Notes: generated from the sequence alone by a model not told the origin. Shown: positions 51,966 to 61,274, counted from the stretch's first letter. The stretch is 64,000 bases of DNA from Gilvibacter sp. (GCA_965277295.1 OZ255720.1:215376-279375); one strand, 5' to 3'. Translations and numbers: made by a program.

Positions 51966-53015
51966 CTAATATTGATAATATGTGTATGGCAAACTAATTC
52001 CTGTTTTTCTTGCCAACCGTTCGTTTGACTCAATAAACATATTTTTTAGAAACGTTAAGATTTCATTCGGATAAGAAAACCTAATCTCTTGTTCATTGTT
52101 TTTAAGCTGTTTCGCCTTAGTAATATTTTCATTTTTGATTCTCGCATCTTTGTAAAGCAAGCTTTCTTCAATAGAAATATTCAACTCATCACAAAAATAG
52201 TCTTTAAGACGATGAAAGTTAGTTCCAGTGCTAAAAGATTGATTTCCTAATCCATGTACATGAGTTTTATTAAGCTCCCGCATATTATATAATTCGGTCA
52301 GGGATAAGGGTTTGTTATAATGGTCTAAATCCAATTCATAATCATCTAAACCTAGAACCTGAGATAACTTGTTTGTGAGTAAGCAGGTGTTATTTTCATA
52401 ACGCAACTTACCAGATTCATCTCGATAATTTTCAATACAAATAATTTCAATATTTTCGGCACCAAAAAGATTGGAATAAATATTATAAAGATAGTCGTAT
52501 TGAAAATCAAAAATAAAATTTCGATCTCGAGAATAGTAAATAAAGTCTAAGAAATCATTAAATGTTCCGTAATAGCCAATTTTTATAGCTTCTTTGTACA
52601 AAGACTCTATTAGGCTTCTTTGATTTCGAATTATCAAAACGATTTTTGTGCCCAATCCAAAGGCGTTAAATACTCTTTTGGCTTTTTCTTCGATTTCTAT
52701 TTGATCCGTTGTAAATGTAAAAGAAAGTAGCTCTAACGAAATACCACAAACTCTTTTGGTTTGATTAGTTTCAAACTTCTCGAACTCACTATTAAATGCT
52801 CTAGATATACCAAGTTTTGCTTTTTGGTAAGTGAAATTTTTACTGTATTGAAAATGATTTTCACAGGCTGATGCAATTTTAGGGTTTATGTAATCCACAT
52901 TTGAACCTACTCCAACCCCTAAATGATGAATTTGAGGATGCTTACTAAAGAAGTCTCGCTGCAGACTAGTAGACAAGTTTTTCGGCATTCCAATATGAAT
53001 ATATTTTGTCTTCAT
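51966..53015 (-). CDS. Divergent sulfotransferase-fold protein
   Basis: HIGMPK..STSLQ (5'-PSB-like), S.E.LS, IIRNQ....ESLY (3'-PB-like). Confidence 0.6.
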   Translation of the reverse strand: MKTKYIHIGMPKNLSTSLQRDFFSKHPQIHHLGVGVGSNVDYINPKIASACENHFQYSKNFTYQKAKLGISRAFNSEFEKFETNQTKRVCGISLELLSFTFTTDQIEIEEKAKRVFNAFGLGTKIVLIIRNQRSLIESLYKEAIKIGYYGTFNDFLDFIYYSRDRNFIFDFQYDYLYNIYSNLFGAENIEIICIENYRDESGKLRYENNTCLLTNKLSQVLGLDDYELDLDHYNKPLSLTELYNMRELNKTHVHGLGNQSFSTGTNFHRLKDYFCDELNISIEESLLYKDARIKNENITKAKQLKNNEQEIRFSYPNEILTFLKNMFIESNERLARKTGISLPYTYYQY

Positions 53016-53950
53016 TAATCTTCTGTTAAAATAGCATAACCAAACCCAGTTTCACCAAATCCGTTTCCATTATAAACCAAAAACCGCTGGTTATTTACTA
53101 CGAAAGTAGAACTATATTCTTGCATGATCGATTCCCAGTCTTGAACATCTTTCTTAAAATCGATTTCTTCGTCTTTTCTTTCCCAATAGATACCATCTTT
53201 GGAGGTTGCAAATCCAAGCCTATAACTTTGATTTGGGTCTACGCGGTAGTCTAAAGAATTGCGATAAGAATAAATCATATGGTAGCAATTGTCCTGCTTA
53301 TAAACCATTGGCTTTCCAATAGCATGAGTAAAATCATCGTAACCAATACACTCTATATTTTTACGCTCCCAATCAATACCATTTTTTGATTCAGCATATC
53401 TGATTAAATAAAAAGGCTCTGGCCAATTTTTAATGTTTTTCCATCCTGTGCAAGATACATACCACATTCTCCATAAATTTCCTTCTTTAATAACATAAGG
53501 CGCAGTATTAAAATAAGGTTCCTCCTTATCTCTATCTAATAGTGGCCCAACTGAATATTTTTTAAAATTAATTCCATCTTCACTCACTGCAAGGCCTATG
53601 GATAGTCTATAGGACACCGTTATCTGTGGGTTCCAACCGATGTAGTACATAAATAGTCTTCCATTTGTCTCTACAATGGATGACGGCATAATACCATTGT
53701 CGTCAAAGCTTCCTTGCGGACCCAGAGGTAAAATCGGTTCTTTATGGATATTGAGTATTTTGTTAGGCTCTTGTGCAGAAACGTCAATAAATGTAGGTAT
53801 GCTTCTACCATGCTCATCTCTTGTTGCAAAATAGATTCTTACCTTTTCTTTAGAAACAAGATGACATACCGGTAATGCTGCATAGCTGTTAATCCAATTA
53901 GAAGTATTTTTTTTTGGATTAAAAATTAAGCCCTTCTTTTTCCACTGCAT
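53015..53950 (-). CDS. Uncharacterised beta-propeller (GH32/43/130-like fold) protein
   Basis: Repeated blades: G.FD..G, MYYIGW, GLA.S.DG..F, W.MWY, YA.S..G..W, GFA.S.DG..W, YNGNGFG.TG; no signal peptide. Confidence 0.6.
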   Translation of the reverse strand: MQWKKKGLIFNPKKNTSNWINSYAALPVCHLVSKEKVRIYFATRDEHGRSIPTFIDVSAQEPNKILNIHKEPILPLGPQGSFDDNGIMPSSIVETNGRLFMYYIGWNPQITVSYRLSIGLAVSEDGINFKKYSVGPLLDRDKEEPYFNTAPYVIKEGNLWRMWYVSCTGWKNIKNWPEPFYLIRYAESKNGIDWERKNIECIGYDDFTHAIGKPMVYKQDNCYHMIYSYRNSLDYRVDPNQSYRLGFATSKDGIYWERKDEEIDFKKDVQDWESIMQEYSSTFVVNNQRFLVYNGNGFGETGFGYAILTED

Positions 53951-53951
53951 A

Positions 53952-54611
53952 CTAGTAAATATTATAACTTAATTTTCCTTCAATTTTCTTCGCGGGATTT
54001 CCTATATAAACTCCCCACTCATCCGTTTCTTGTTTTGTAATACAAGCGCCCATTGCCACTAAGGTTCCTTGCTTTAAATGACTGTAGTCTCGAATTGTTG
54101 CGTTCACACCAAAAAAACAATGCGACTCCACAATACAATGCCCAGAGAGAACAACATGCGAAGTAAAAAACACATGGTCCTTAATTACTCCATGATGCCC
54201 AATATGATTACCACTCCAAAGCACTACATTATTCCCAATTGTTGTGAATGGTTGAATGGTATTATCTTCTAATATAAAACAATTTTCACCTATTTCATTG
54301 TCACAAATAGTAGCCTTACTGCTTATGTAGGATATAAAAGAATAGCCTTTTGCCTTTCCTTCTAGGTAAATTTTTTCTCGTGCTTGATTCATCTTTTTAC
54401 CCGTCATGGGTGCAAATAACATAAAGTCATCTGGAGAATAAACCTTTTCTAATTCTTCAAAAGGGATTACGGGTAAGTTCTTAAATGTATCATTTTTTAA
54501 ATACTCTTTCGAAACCGTAAAAGCTACAACCTCATGTTCGCTATCAGTGGTTAAATAATAATGTGCCAATTCCGCCGTATCCAACAATCCGAATATGATC
54601 ACTTCTGCCAT
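53952..54611 (-). CDS. Sugar N/O-acyltransferase (NeuD/PglD/VioB family)
   Basis: N-terminal Rossmann IIFG; hexapeptide repeats, N.IGH, G.PAK. Confidence 0.88.
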   Translation of the reverse strand: MAEVIIFGLLDTAELAHYYLTTDSEHEVVAFTVSKEYLKNDTFKNLPVIPFEELEKVYSPDDFMLFAPMTGKKMNQAREKIYLEGKAKGYSFISYISSKATICDNEIGENCFILEDNTIQPFTTIGNNVVLWSGNHIGHHGVIKDHVFFTSHVVLSGHCIVESHCFFGVNATIRDYSHLKQGTLVAMGACITKQETDEWGVYIGNPAKKIEGKLSYNIY

Positions 54612-54613
54612 AA

Positions 54614-55312
54614 TTAACTAAGTTTATATTGATTTAATAGCTCTAGAACTTCTTCTCTAGATTTAATCATTAAAAGATGAATGATTGAAAGTTCGTAATC
54701 ATTTTTATTACTTACACTCTGGAATTGAGTTTCAATAAATTTAAGTTTAATCCCGTTCTCTAAAAAATAACCTTTATCATATAATTTTTTTCCTCCAATT
54801 GGATTAACGTATACATTGGAACCATTTTTTTTGGTAATTGCAATTAACCTATCAGCAGATCTCAAGTCATGCGTGTCTGAAAAATGCTCTGAACTTTTCA
54901 AGAATTCTGTTTCTAATTCCAAATATGATGTGATTGAACTAATACTGTTTATCGCCAAGTCCGCGATACTCTTATTTGATTTATAGAAAACAGACTGTGT
55001 TAGATCGAAAACTTCCTCAAAAAACGGTGCCTTGGCGTAGTTTTGTTGTAAAGTAGTAAAAAACTGATTAACCCATTTATCGCTTTCTTTGATATAAACA
55101 TCCTTAATTAATTTATTCTGAGAAACATGCTGTAAGGGAATTGAAAATAAATACTCATTACCATTAATCAATAATTTATTTCGATTTATCCATCCACGTT
55201 TTATGAAATTTACATCATCATAAAACACAAATACATCTACTTTACTTATTAACTGGAAATACCCTATGTACGGAAAGAGGTAAGGTTGCATTATTGCAAT
55301 AGAGTTATTCAT
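54614..55312 (-). CDS. WbqC family protein
   Basis: AIMQPY.FPYIGYFQLI..VD.FV.YDDV, W.NRN, Y.KAPFF, Y.NP.GG, LSI. Confidence 0.92.
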   Translation of the reverse strand: MNNSIAIMQPYLFPYIGYFQLISKVDVFVFYDDVNFIKRGWINRNKLLINGNEYLFSIPLQHVSQNKLIKDVYIKESDKWVNQFFTTLQQNYAKAPFFEEVFDLTQSVFYKSNKSIADLAINSISSITSYLELETEFLKSSEHFSDTHDLRSADRLIAITKKNGSNVYVNPIGGKKLYDKGYFLENGIKLKFIETQFQSVSNKNDYELSIIHLLMIKSREEVLELLNQYKLS

Positions 55313-56370
55313 GAATTGAGAACATTTACTATTCGGTTTAAATCAACGACGTCAATATCATGTGACAATGGTAGGCACATAATCCGCTTTGAAATATCAT
55401 CAGAGATAGGTAATTCTTTGGATTCGACATACGGGAGATTATTTAAACTGGGATAAAAGTATCTTCGAGGAAAAATATTTATATTATTGAGTCTCTCACG
55501 TTGTTCTAGCAAGTCTGCTTCTGAAGCAAAAATAATTGGATAATACGAAAAATTCCAAAGTGTATTTTCTCGAATTTGAACCGAGTTATATTTTTTTAAA
55601 GCATTTTTATAAAAGCCAACCATATTTTTACGATGCTGCATTATAGTTTTAATATGAGGTAAAACAGCTAGTCCCATGGCTGCTTGTAATTCGGACATTT
55701 TCGCATTAATACCTAGGCCTTTAAAATCTTCCTTCCCCTCATGTCCAAAATTATGATAGCTGAATAATTTTTGAATCAAGCTATTATTTTTTGTAAATAT
55801 TGCTCCACCCTCTCCCGTATGAAACAGTTTGGTAGCATGAAAACTACAAGTACTTATATCTCCATAATTAAATATGGACTCTCCTTTATAAGTTACCCCA
55901 AAGCAATGTGCAGCATCGTAAATAACTTTTAAGTTGTGCTTTTTGGCAATTGCTGCAATGGCCTCTACATGGCAGGGATTCCCAAAAACATGGGTTGCCA
56001 GTATGGCCGAAGTGTTGTTGGTAATTGCAGCTTCTATTTTAGTTTCGTCTATGGTAAGGTATTCCGGGTGAATATCTACAAAAACGGGTGTACAGCCTTC
56101 CCAAACTATACTCGACGTTGTTGCCACATAACTAAAAGGGGTAGTAATAATCTCACCGCTTAAGTTAAGCGCCTTAATTGCAAGTTGTAAGGGCAAAGTA
56201 CCATTTGTCATTGCCAAACAAGGTGAAGATCCAAGATAAGTCTCAATTTTACCCTCTAATTCTTTTACCAATTCACCACGATTTGTAAGCCAGTGGTTAT
56301 CCCACGCTCTTTTTAAAATCGCACCATACTCAGATTGTGGTGGCAAAAATGTTTTAGTTACATGTATCAA
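55309..56370 (-). CDS. DegT/DnrJ/EryC1/StrS sugar aminotransferase (VioA-like)
   Basis: NGT..L, TPFSY.AT, THVFGNP, DAAH, SFHATKLF.T.EGG, NAKMSE.QAA. Confidence 0.9.
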   Translation of the reverse strand: MIHVTKTFLPPQSEYGAILKRAWDNHWLTNRGELVKELEGKIETYLGSSPCLAMTNGTLPLQLAIKALNLSGEIITTPFSYVATTSSIVWEGCTPVFVDIHPEYLTIDETKIEAAITNNTSAILATHVFGNPCHVEAIAAIAKKHNLKVIYDAAHCFGVTYKGESIFNYGDISTCSFHATKLFHTGEGGAIFTKNNSLIQKLFSYHNFGHEGKEDFKGLGINAKMSELQAAMGLAVLPHIKTIMQHRKNMVGFYKNALKKYNSVQIRENTLWNFSYYPIIFASEADLLEQRERLNNINIFPRRYFYPSLNNLPYVESKELPISDDISKRIMCLPLSHDIDVVDLNRIVNVLNS

Positions 56371-56423
56371 ATTTTCATTTTATTTATTCTACGATAAAGA
56401 TAATACAATGTATAGTACCAATC

Positions 56424-57479
56424 TCATTCAAAGTTCAGATTCGATTTTAACAGGAATTCCTCAACAAGTTTTTTTGTTAAAAGTTGAGCTCCTTTGTCAT
56501 TTAAATGACCAACATCAAAAGAATATTCCAGTTCATAGAACTCTGGATATTTCACACTACTGGAAAGATCAATGATATGAGCACTTGGAATTTGATCTGC
56601 TAGTTGATATAAGCCCTTGCTTCCATATCGAGGTAGAATTAAAAAAATCAAGTGAATACCTCGCTGCTTAGAGGTACCGATTAATTTATTTAATTCACTT
56701 AGTAAATCTGCATCATAATACTCACCAGAATTTCTTAAAAACATTGAGCGATTCGCTCTTGCTTTTAAAAGAGTAGAGTCTTGAATAACGGAATTATGGT
56801 TATTGATTAAATTTCTTCTTATAGTACTATCCTCAACTTTTTCTAATTCATCTTCTAGTGAATAAAACCCATCCAACCTAGGACCTAAATACACGCTGTT
56901 TAATTGGTATTTTCCAAGTAGTTTACTTCCAAAATAATCTTTTCTAAATATTTTATCGAAATACGATTTGGAATAACCCGAAATCCCGTATAATTTTTGC
57001 TCCAAACTTAGACTATCTCTATTCAAATAAGACTTCGTTATTAATTTCATATCACTTAGGTTTAACCAATAATACGAGCGCTTTTGATGCAATAATTTGG
57101 GAGCGGTATTCGTAATTGTAGTTAATTCAAAAAAAGCATATTTTACATCTTTACTTAAGTCCGATTTAAGATAATTTCGGTACAAATATTGGGATTGGGG
57201 GCTAAAAGTGGCTGGAGCACCCAAATTAAAAGAGGAAATTTTTTTTTGAGTAATCATGTTTACTTCACGGTCAAATACCTCTGGAGTTATTTGCCTGTAA
57301 ACCCGGCTAGAACCGAAAAACAATACGTTTGGTTGTAATTCATTGTTACCCTGCAAAAATTCAACCTTCGAGGCAAACCACTGATTACCCCAATAATATG
57401 GGGCAAAACTATTCATAACTTGTTTGATAAAAACTACAAGAAAGAACAGTACAGAAACTCGCTTTAGGAGCTTTAACAT
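56424..57479 (-). CDS. Membrane-anchored SGNH-like (DltD/AlgJ-type) protein
   Basis: N-terminal TM; FGSSR nucleophile block; C-terminal FD.GHLN.KGA (DxxH). Confidence 0.6.
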   Translation of the reverse strand: MLKLLKRVSVLFFLVVFIKQVMNSFAPYYWGNQWFASKVEFLQGNNELQPNVLFFGSSRVYRQITPEVFDREVNMITQKKISSFNLGAPATFSPQSQYLYRNYLKSDLSKDVKYAFFELTTITNTAPKLLHQKRSYYWLNLSDMKLITKSYLNRDSLSLEQKLYGISGYSKSYFDKIFRKDYFGSKLLGKYQLNSVYLGPRLDGFYSLEDELEKVEDSTIRRNLINNHNSVIQDSTLLKARANRSMFLRNSGEYYDADLLSELNKLIGTSKQRGIHLIFLILPRYGSKGLYQLADQIPSAHIIDLSSSVKYPEFYELEYSFDVGHLNDKGAQLLTKKLVEEFLLKSNLNFE

Positions 57480-57550
57480 AATTAAATCAATAAATAAAAT
57501 ACAATAAGAAATAGGAGTTTATCTAGTCAAAAATAAATGTTTATCATGTA

Positions 57551-58186
57551 CTAAATATCACTAGATCTATTTTCCCAGGGAAAGTTATCGTATTTGGGTT
57601 CTTTATTTAAAAACTCACAAAGTCTTTTGTATGCTCCTTCTTTAGCAACATTTAAAACTAGTAAATTATTCTTGTTCTTAAAGTAATCTAATACCGATGC
57701 ATTATGGGTGTTGTAGTAGTTTCGCAATTTACGTTCGTTGTAGGGATCTTCGGTGCGTTGAATTCCAAAAACTAACTCACGTACTTGTGCCACATATCCT
57801 TTATAACGATAGGTAGCGTTATCTAAATCCTCCCAGGTTGGCTTGTTCTGGTTTTTAGAAAACAACTTGGTGTGAAAATTAACCAATGAGTTGTACCAAA
57901 CCGTGTCGTTATCTCTAATTGTTAGAATAAATTTGGCGTTGCTAAAAGCTTGGTCTAAAGCAATAAAAGTATGTTGAAAGCAAAACGGTGCATCTTGAAA
58001 GGCGTCGGCGGTTTTGCAGAATTTTATAATTGGCTTAAAATTCCTAGAGGCGTAATCATTAATAAACAACTCACCTTGCTTTTGGCTCCCTAATTTATAA
58101 CCAAAATCGTTAAGGGCTTTTTCTATCGAGGTTGTTCCGGTTTTACCAGACCCAACACAGAATATTTTTTCTTTCTTACCCAACAT
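57551..58186 (-). CDS. Sulfotransferase (Sulfotransfer_4-like)
   Basis: CVG.GKTGTTS, D.P, F.NAKFILT.R....W..S, HN..V.DYF, LC.FL. Confidence 0.8.
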   Translation of the reverse strand: MLGKKEKIFCVGSGKTGTTSIEKALNDFGYKLGSQKQGELFINDYASRNFKPIIKFCKTADAFQDAPFCFQHTFIALDQAFSNAKFILTIRDNDTVWYNSLVNFHTKLFSKNQNKPTWEDLDNATYRYKGYVAQVRELVFGIQRTEDPYNERKLRNYYNTHNASVLDYFKNKNNLLVLNVAKEGAYKRLCEFLNKEPKYDNFPWENRSSDI

Positions 58187-58192
58187 TTAAAA

Positions 58193-59398
58193 TCAATTTA
58201 AATCGGTTAACGTTGTTTCTAGGTAAAAGGGCGGCCAAATTTCTTCTTCGTGTATTACTTGAAAATTTAATACTCCGTTTACTCTTAATAAGGGTTCTCT
58301 AGAATTGGGTTTTACCACACTAATATTAACCGAATAAATACCCTTAGACAACATTAATTGTTCGTGTTCCATACAAAACTGAATCTTATTATCTTTAATT
58401 TTAAGGCCATCTTGAATTTTATTAGGTTCTAACATAGCCACCGGACGTTGTTCTTTGTCATAAATTGAAATATGGAAAGAAGGAATATCTTGCTCCTTTT
58501 TTAATTCAAATACTAACCGTAATTTAAATTTACCCTTCCATTGTATTTGTGGCTGTTCGTTTTGGCTATTAACCCCTAACAATTCTGCTCTTGTTAAAGC
58601 AATTGTATTGTCATCGAAAATTATATTCTGTTCGTTATTCGTAAATCGCTGATAATACAAATCAATGGCTTTTGATACATTAGTTCCTTGAAATGCATCC
58701 GCTCCTCTTTCCATTAATAGAACATGCGTACAAATCCTAGAAACCATAGGCATGGAATGCGACACAAACACAATGGCGGTATTGGGTAAGATGTTATCTA
58801 TGGTTTTAAAACACTTTAAAACAAAACCCAAATCGCCAACAGCCAATACTTCGTCTATTATTAAAATGTCGGGCTCCATTTGTGCAGCAACAGCAAAGCC
58901 CAAGCGCACCTTCATCCCCGAGCTATAATGTTGTACTGGCATATCTATAAACTCTTCGAGTTCTGCAAATTCAATAATCTGAGTAAGCTTAGTGTCTATT
59001 TCTTCACGAGTAAAGCCTAGTACAGCACCATTATTATAAATATTTTCGCGCCCTGTGAGGATATTATTAAATCCTGCACCTAGTTCTATTAAGGCTCCCA
59101 CACGCCCTTTCATGGTAATACTGCCAACATCTGGACGTATTAAACCATTAAGCATTTTTAAAAGTGTAGATTTTCCCGCACCGTTATGCCCTATTAACCC
59201 TAGGCATTCACCACGACGCAATTCAAAATTTATATCCTTTACGGCCCAGAATTCTTTAGGACGTAACATATCTGACTTATTATTGCCAAAAACATTGGCA
59301 AATAAATCCTGTAATCCGTATTTAAGTCCCGTTTTTAGGTCTTTACAAAACTTCTTAGAGAGGTTTTCTACTTTTATTAAAACTTCCTGCTCTTCCAT
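58193..59398 (-). CDS. wzt: Polysaccharide ABC transporter ATPase with C-terminal carbohydrate-binding extension
   Basis: GHNGAGKS, ELGAGF, YSSGM..RLGF, DEVLAVGD, SH; about 150-aa Wzt_C-like tail. Confidence 0.93.
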   Translation of the reverse strand: MEEQEVLIKVENLSKKFCKDLKTGLKYGLQDLFANVFGNNKSDMLRPKEFWAVKDINFELRRGECLGLIGHNGAGKSTLLKMLNGLIRPDVGSITMKGRVGALIELGAGFNNILTGRENIYNNGAVLGFTREEIDTKLTQIIEFAELEEFIDMPVQHYSSGMKVRLGFAVAAQMEPDILIIDEVLAVGDLGFVLKCFKTIDNILPNTAIVFVSHSMPMVSRICTHVLLMERGADAFQGTNVSKAIDLYYQRFTNNEQNIIFDDNTIALTRAELLGVNSQNEQPQIQWKGKFKLRLVFELKKEQDIPSFHISIYDKEQRPVAMLEPNKIQDGLKIKDNKIQFCMEHEQLMLSKGIYSVNISVVKPNSREPLLRVNGVLNFQVIHEEEIWPPFYLETTLTDLN

Positions 59399-59400
59399 AA

Positions 59401-60246
59401 TTATGCGCTACTACGTTCAACAATTATTGGAATAGAAACTCTATAAAATACTAAAGCAATTAAAAATATTGGAATACACGATAGCAAAACAATAAGATAA
59501 TACTGTAAGTGTTCGGTTGGATTGCCAAGTATGGTGCCTCTAGCCATAAGTATTAAAGGACTAAATGGATTGTATTCCATAATGGTCTTCATTATACCTT
59601 CGCTTGGAACAACATATACCACAGGAGTTATATACATTAAAAAGCGCAATGCAGTCATAATTAGCTTAGATACGTCATTATATAAAAGCCCAATGGGCGT
59701 AAGAATTAATCCCAACGAAAACCCAAAGAAAACGGCTCCCAACATAATAATTGGGAACAGCCATATACTGTGATGATAATCTACACCAAAAATAAAAAGT
59801 AAGATTATTAATAATAGTATTTTGGGTATGGCGTTAAATAATAATTTGTAAATACCAGAAAGTAACAAAGCTTCTTTAGGAAAATTAATCTTAGAGATTA
59901 TACTTTTAGCACTACTGGTACTGGTTTGGGGCGAATTAATTGCCCCTACTATTATCGACCAGATTAATGTCCCCGAAAACGCATAGACAGGATACGGAAT
60001 TCCAGTATCTGTTAACTGAATTGTTCCTGTCGCTTGTAAAAACACCCAGACTAAGGCTGTAGTAACCGGAGTTATAAATGCCCAAACAATGCCCAAATAA
60101 GATTGCCGGTATTGCGCCTTGATGTCGCGAATAGCAATTTGCTTAGCCAAAAACGTACTTCCAGCAAGGTCGCGCAAGCTCGCTCCAAGCACCTTTAAAA
60201 TACTGGTATTACCGCGATTAGAATAAACTTTGGTTTGGTTGTTCAT
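59401..60246 (-). CDS. wzm: Polysaccharide ABC transporter permease
   Basis: RDIK.QYRQS.LG..WA, K.NFP.E, Y.TP..Y, YNP. Confidence 0.93.
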   Translation of the reverse strand: MNNQTKVYSNRGNTSILKVLGASLRDLAGSTFLAKQIAIRDIKAQYRQSYLGIVWAFITPVTTALVWVFLQATGTIQLTDTGIPYPVYAFSGTLIWSIIVGAINSPQTSTSSAKSIISKINFPKEALLLSGIYKLLFNAIPKILLLIILLFIFGVDYHHSIWLFPIIMLGAVFFGFSLGLILTPIGLLYNDVSKLIMTALRFLMYITPVVYVVPSEGIMKTIMEYNPFSPLILMARGTILGNPTEHLQYYLIVLLSCIPIFLIALVFYRVSIPIIVERSSA

Positions 60247-60391
60247 GCCTGCTAAATAGTGTTAGCCTACTGCTTTTTTTGAATGTTTAAAAGTTAAGAT
60301 TAAAAAACAATCCTGAGCCAGTGCAAATCTTTAAACTATACCCGAAAAATACTTCTTTTTTTTGGGGATTCAAGGCCATAAACACCAGAGT

Positions 60392-61270
60392 TTACACATT
60401 ATTATTAACCAGTTGTTTACAAGCGTTTATTAGCGACGCCGATATGGAATAGTCCATTTTTCTGGCAAACAATGCCGTAGATTGTTTTATGGCTATAAAA
60501 TCAGTAGTATCTAGAAATGCAGGCAAACTACCATGGCGTTCCTGCCAAACAATAAAACGCTTATTGTCTTGAATCATGCTTCCTGCTAAAGTAGAATTCA
60601 TTAAAATAGTCTGAAAATAAAACTCTTCACTGCAAAAACTGTGTTTTAATCTTCTAAACAAGGCCGGGGTGTTAATATAAAAATTTACAACTTCCTGTAC
60701 AGCAGCACGATGCAAACTCCAATAGGTAGAACCTCCGTAAAGTGGTGGTAAATTTTTACTATATGCCCGTTTAAAACCTAATTTTTTTTGAATTGATAAT
60801 GCTTTTTGAATCCAACGCATAGACGATTTTGCATTCAACAAGTCGTAAAAATTATAGTAATCTATTCTGTCCATTCCCCCATTGTTCCAGCAACTAGCTG
60901 GCATGGTAAAATATTCTAAATAGCTCTTTCCATTTAGTTTAGAGAAGTGCTCTATAAAATAATTGTTAGTCTTAATGGGCATATCCTGACCAGTAATCAT
61001 ATGAAAGTATTCATATTCTTTGCTTTTCAGCGCCGTTTTACATAACAGTAAAATGCTTTTTAAGTGATTTCTCCCACCCCAGTTTACGTTATATTGCTGC
61101 CCAATAAAAACAATGTTTTTAACCTTAGCTAATTTTAGCTTTAACTGGGGCGATAAGGTTGATTTTTTGTCGATATGAATAAACAAACCAAACCTTGAAT
61201 CAAAACACGCCGCCAAGTCTAGCAGCTGTTCCAAATCCTTATAGGCGGTTATTAATATGGCGTGTTTCAT
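60392..61270 (-). CDS. GT14 (core-2/I-branching beta-1,6-GlcNAc transferase family) glycosyltransferase
   Basis: HAILI.AYK, IHID.K, V.WGG, TGQD.P, GS..WSL, EE..FQT, W, D, FARK. Confidence 0.88.
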   Translation of the reverse strand: MKHAILITAYKDLEQLLDLAACFDSRFGLFIHIDKKSTLSPQLKLKLAKVKNIVFIGQQYNVNWGGRNHLKSILLLCKTALKSKEYEYFHMITGQDMPIKTNNYFIEHFSKLNGKSYLEYFTMPASCWNNGGMDRIDYYNFYDLLNAKSSMRWIQKALSIQKKLGFKRAYSKNLPPLYGGSTYWSLHRAAVQEVVNFYINTPALFRRLKHSFCSEEFYFQTILMNSTLAGSMIQDNKRFIVWQERHGSLPAFLDTTDFIAIKQSTALFARKMDYSISASLINACKQLVNNNV

Positions 61271-61274
61271 AATA

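Noticed and set aside
55309-56370. GC shift within the aminotransferase as a recombination breakpoint
   Set aside because: Can be explained by amino-acid composition of the conserved N-terminal half; hand sampling is too coarse.
56367-56378. Mini-ORF ATG AAA ATT TGA overlapping the aminotransferase TTG start
   Set aside because: Three codons, easily chance; the TTG start already matches the usual family N-terminus.
32233-60363. A/T homopolymers of 8-9 nt (32233-32240, 33977-33984, 54825-54832, 57239-57247, 60356-60363) as phase-variation tracts
   Set aside because: Short for an AT-rich genome, the affected ORFs are in frame, and no long G/C tracts or SSRs were found.
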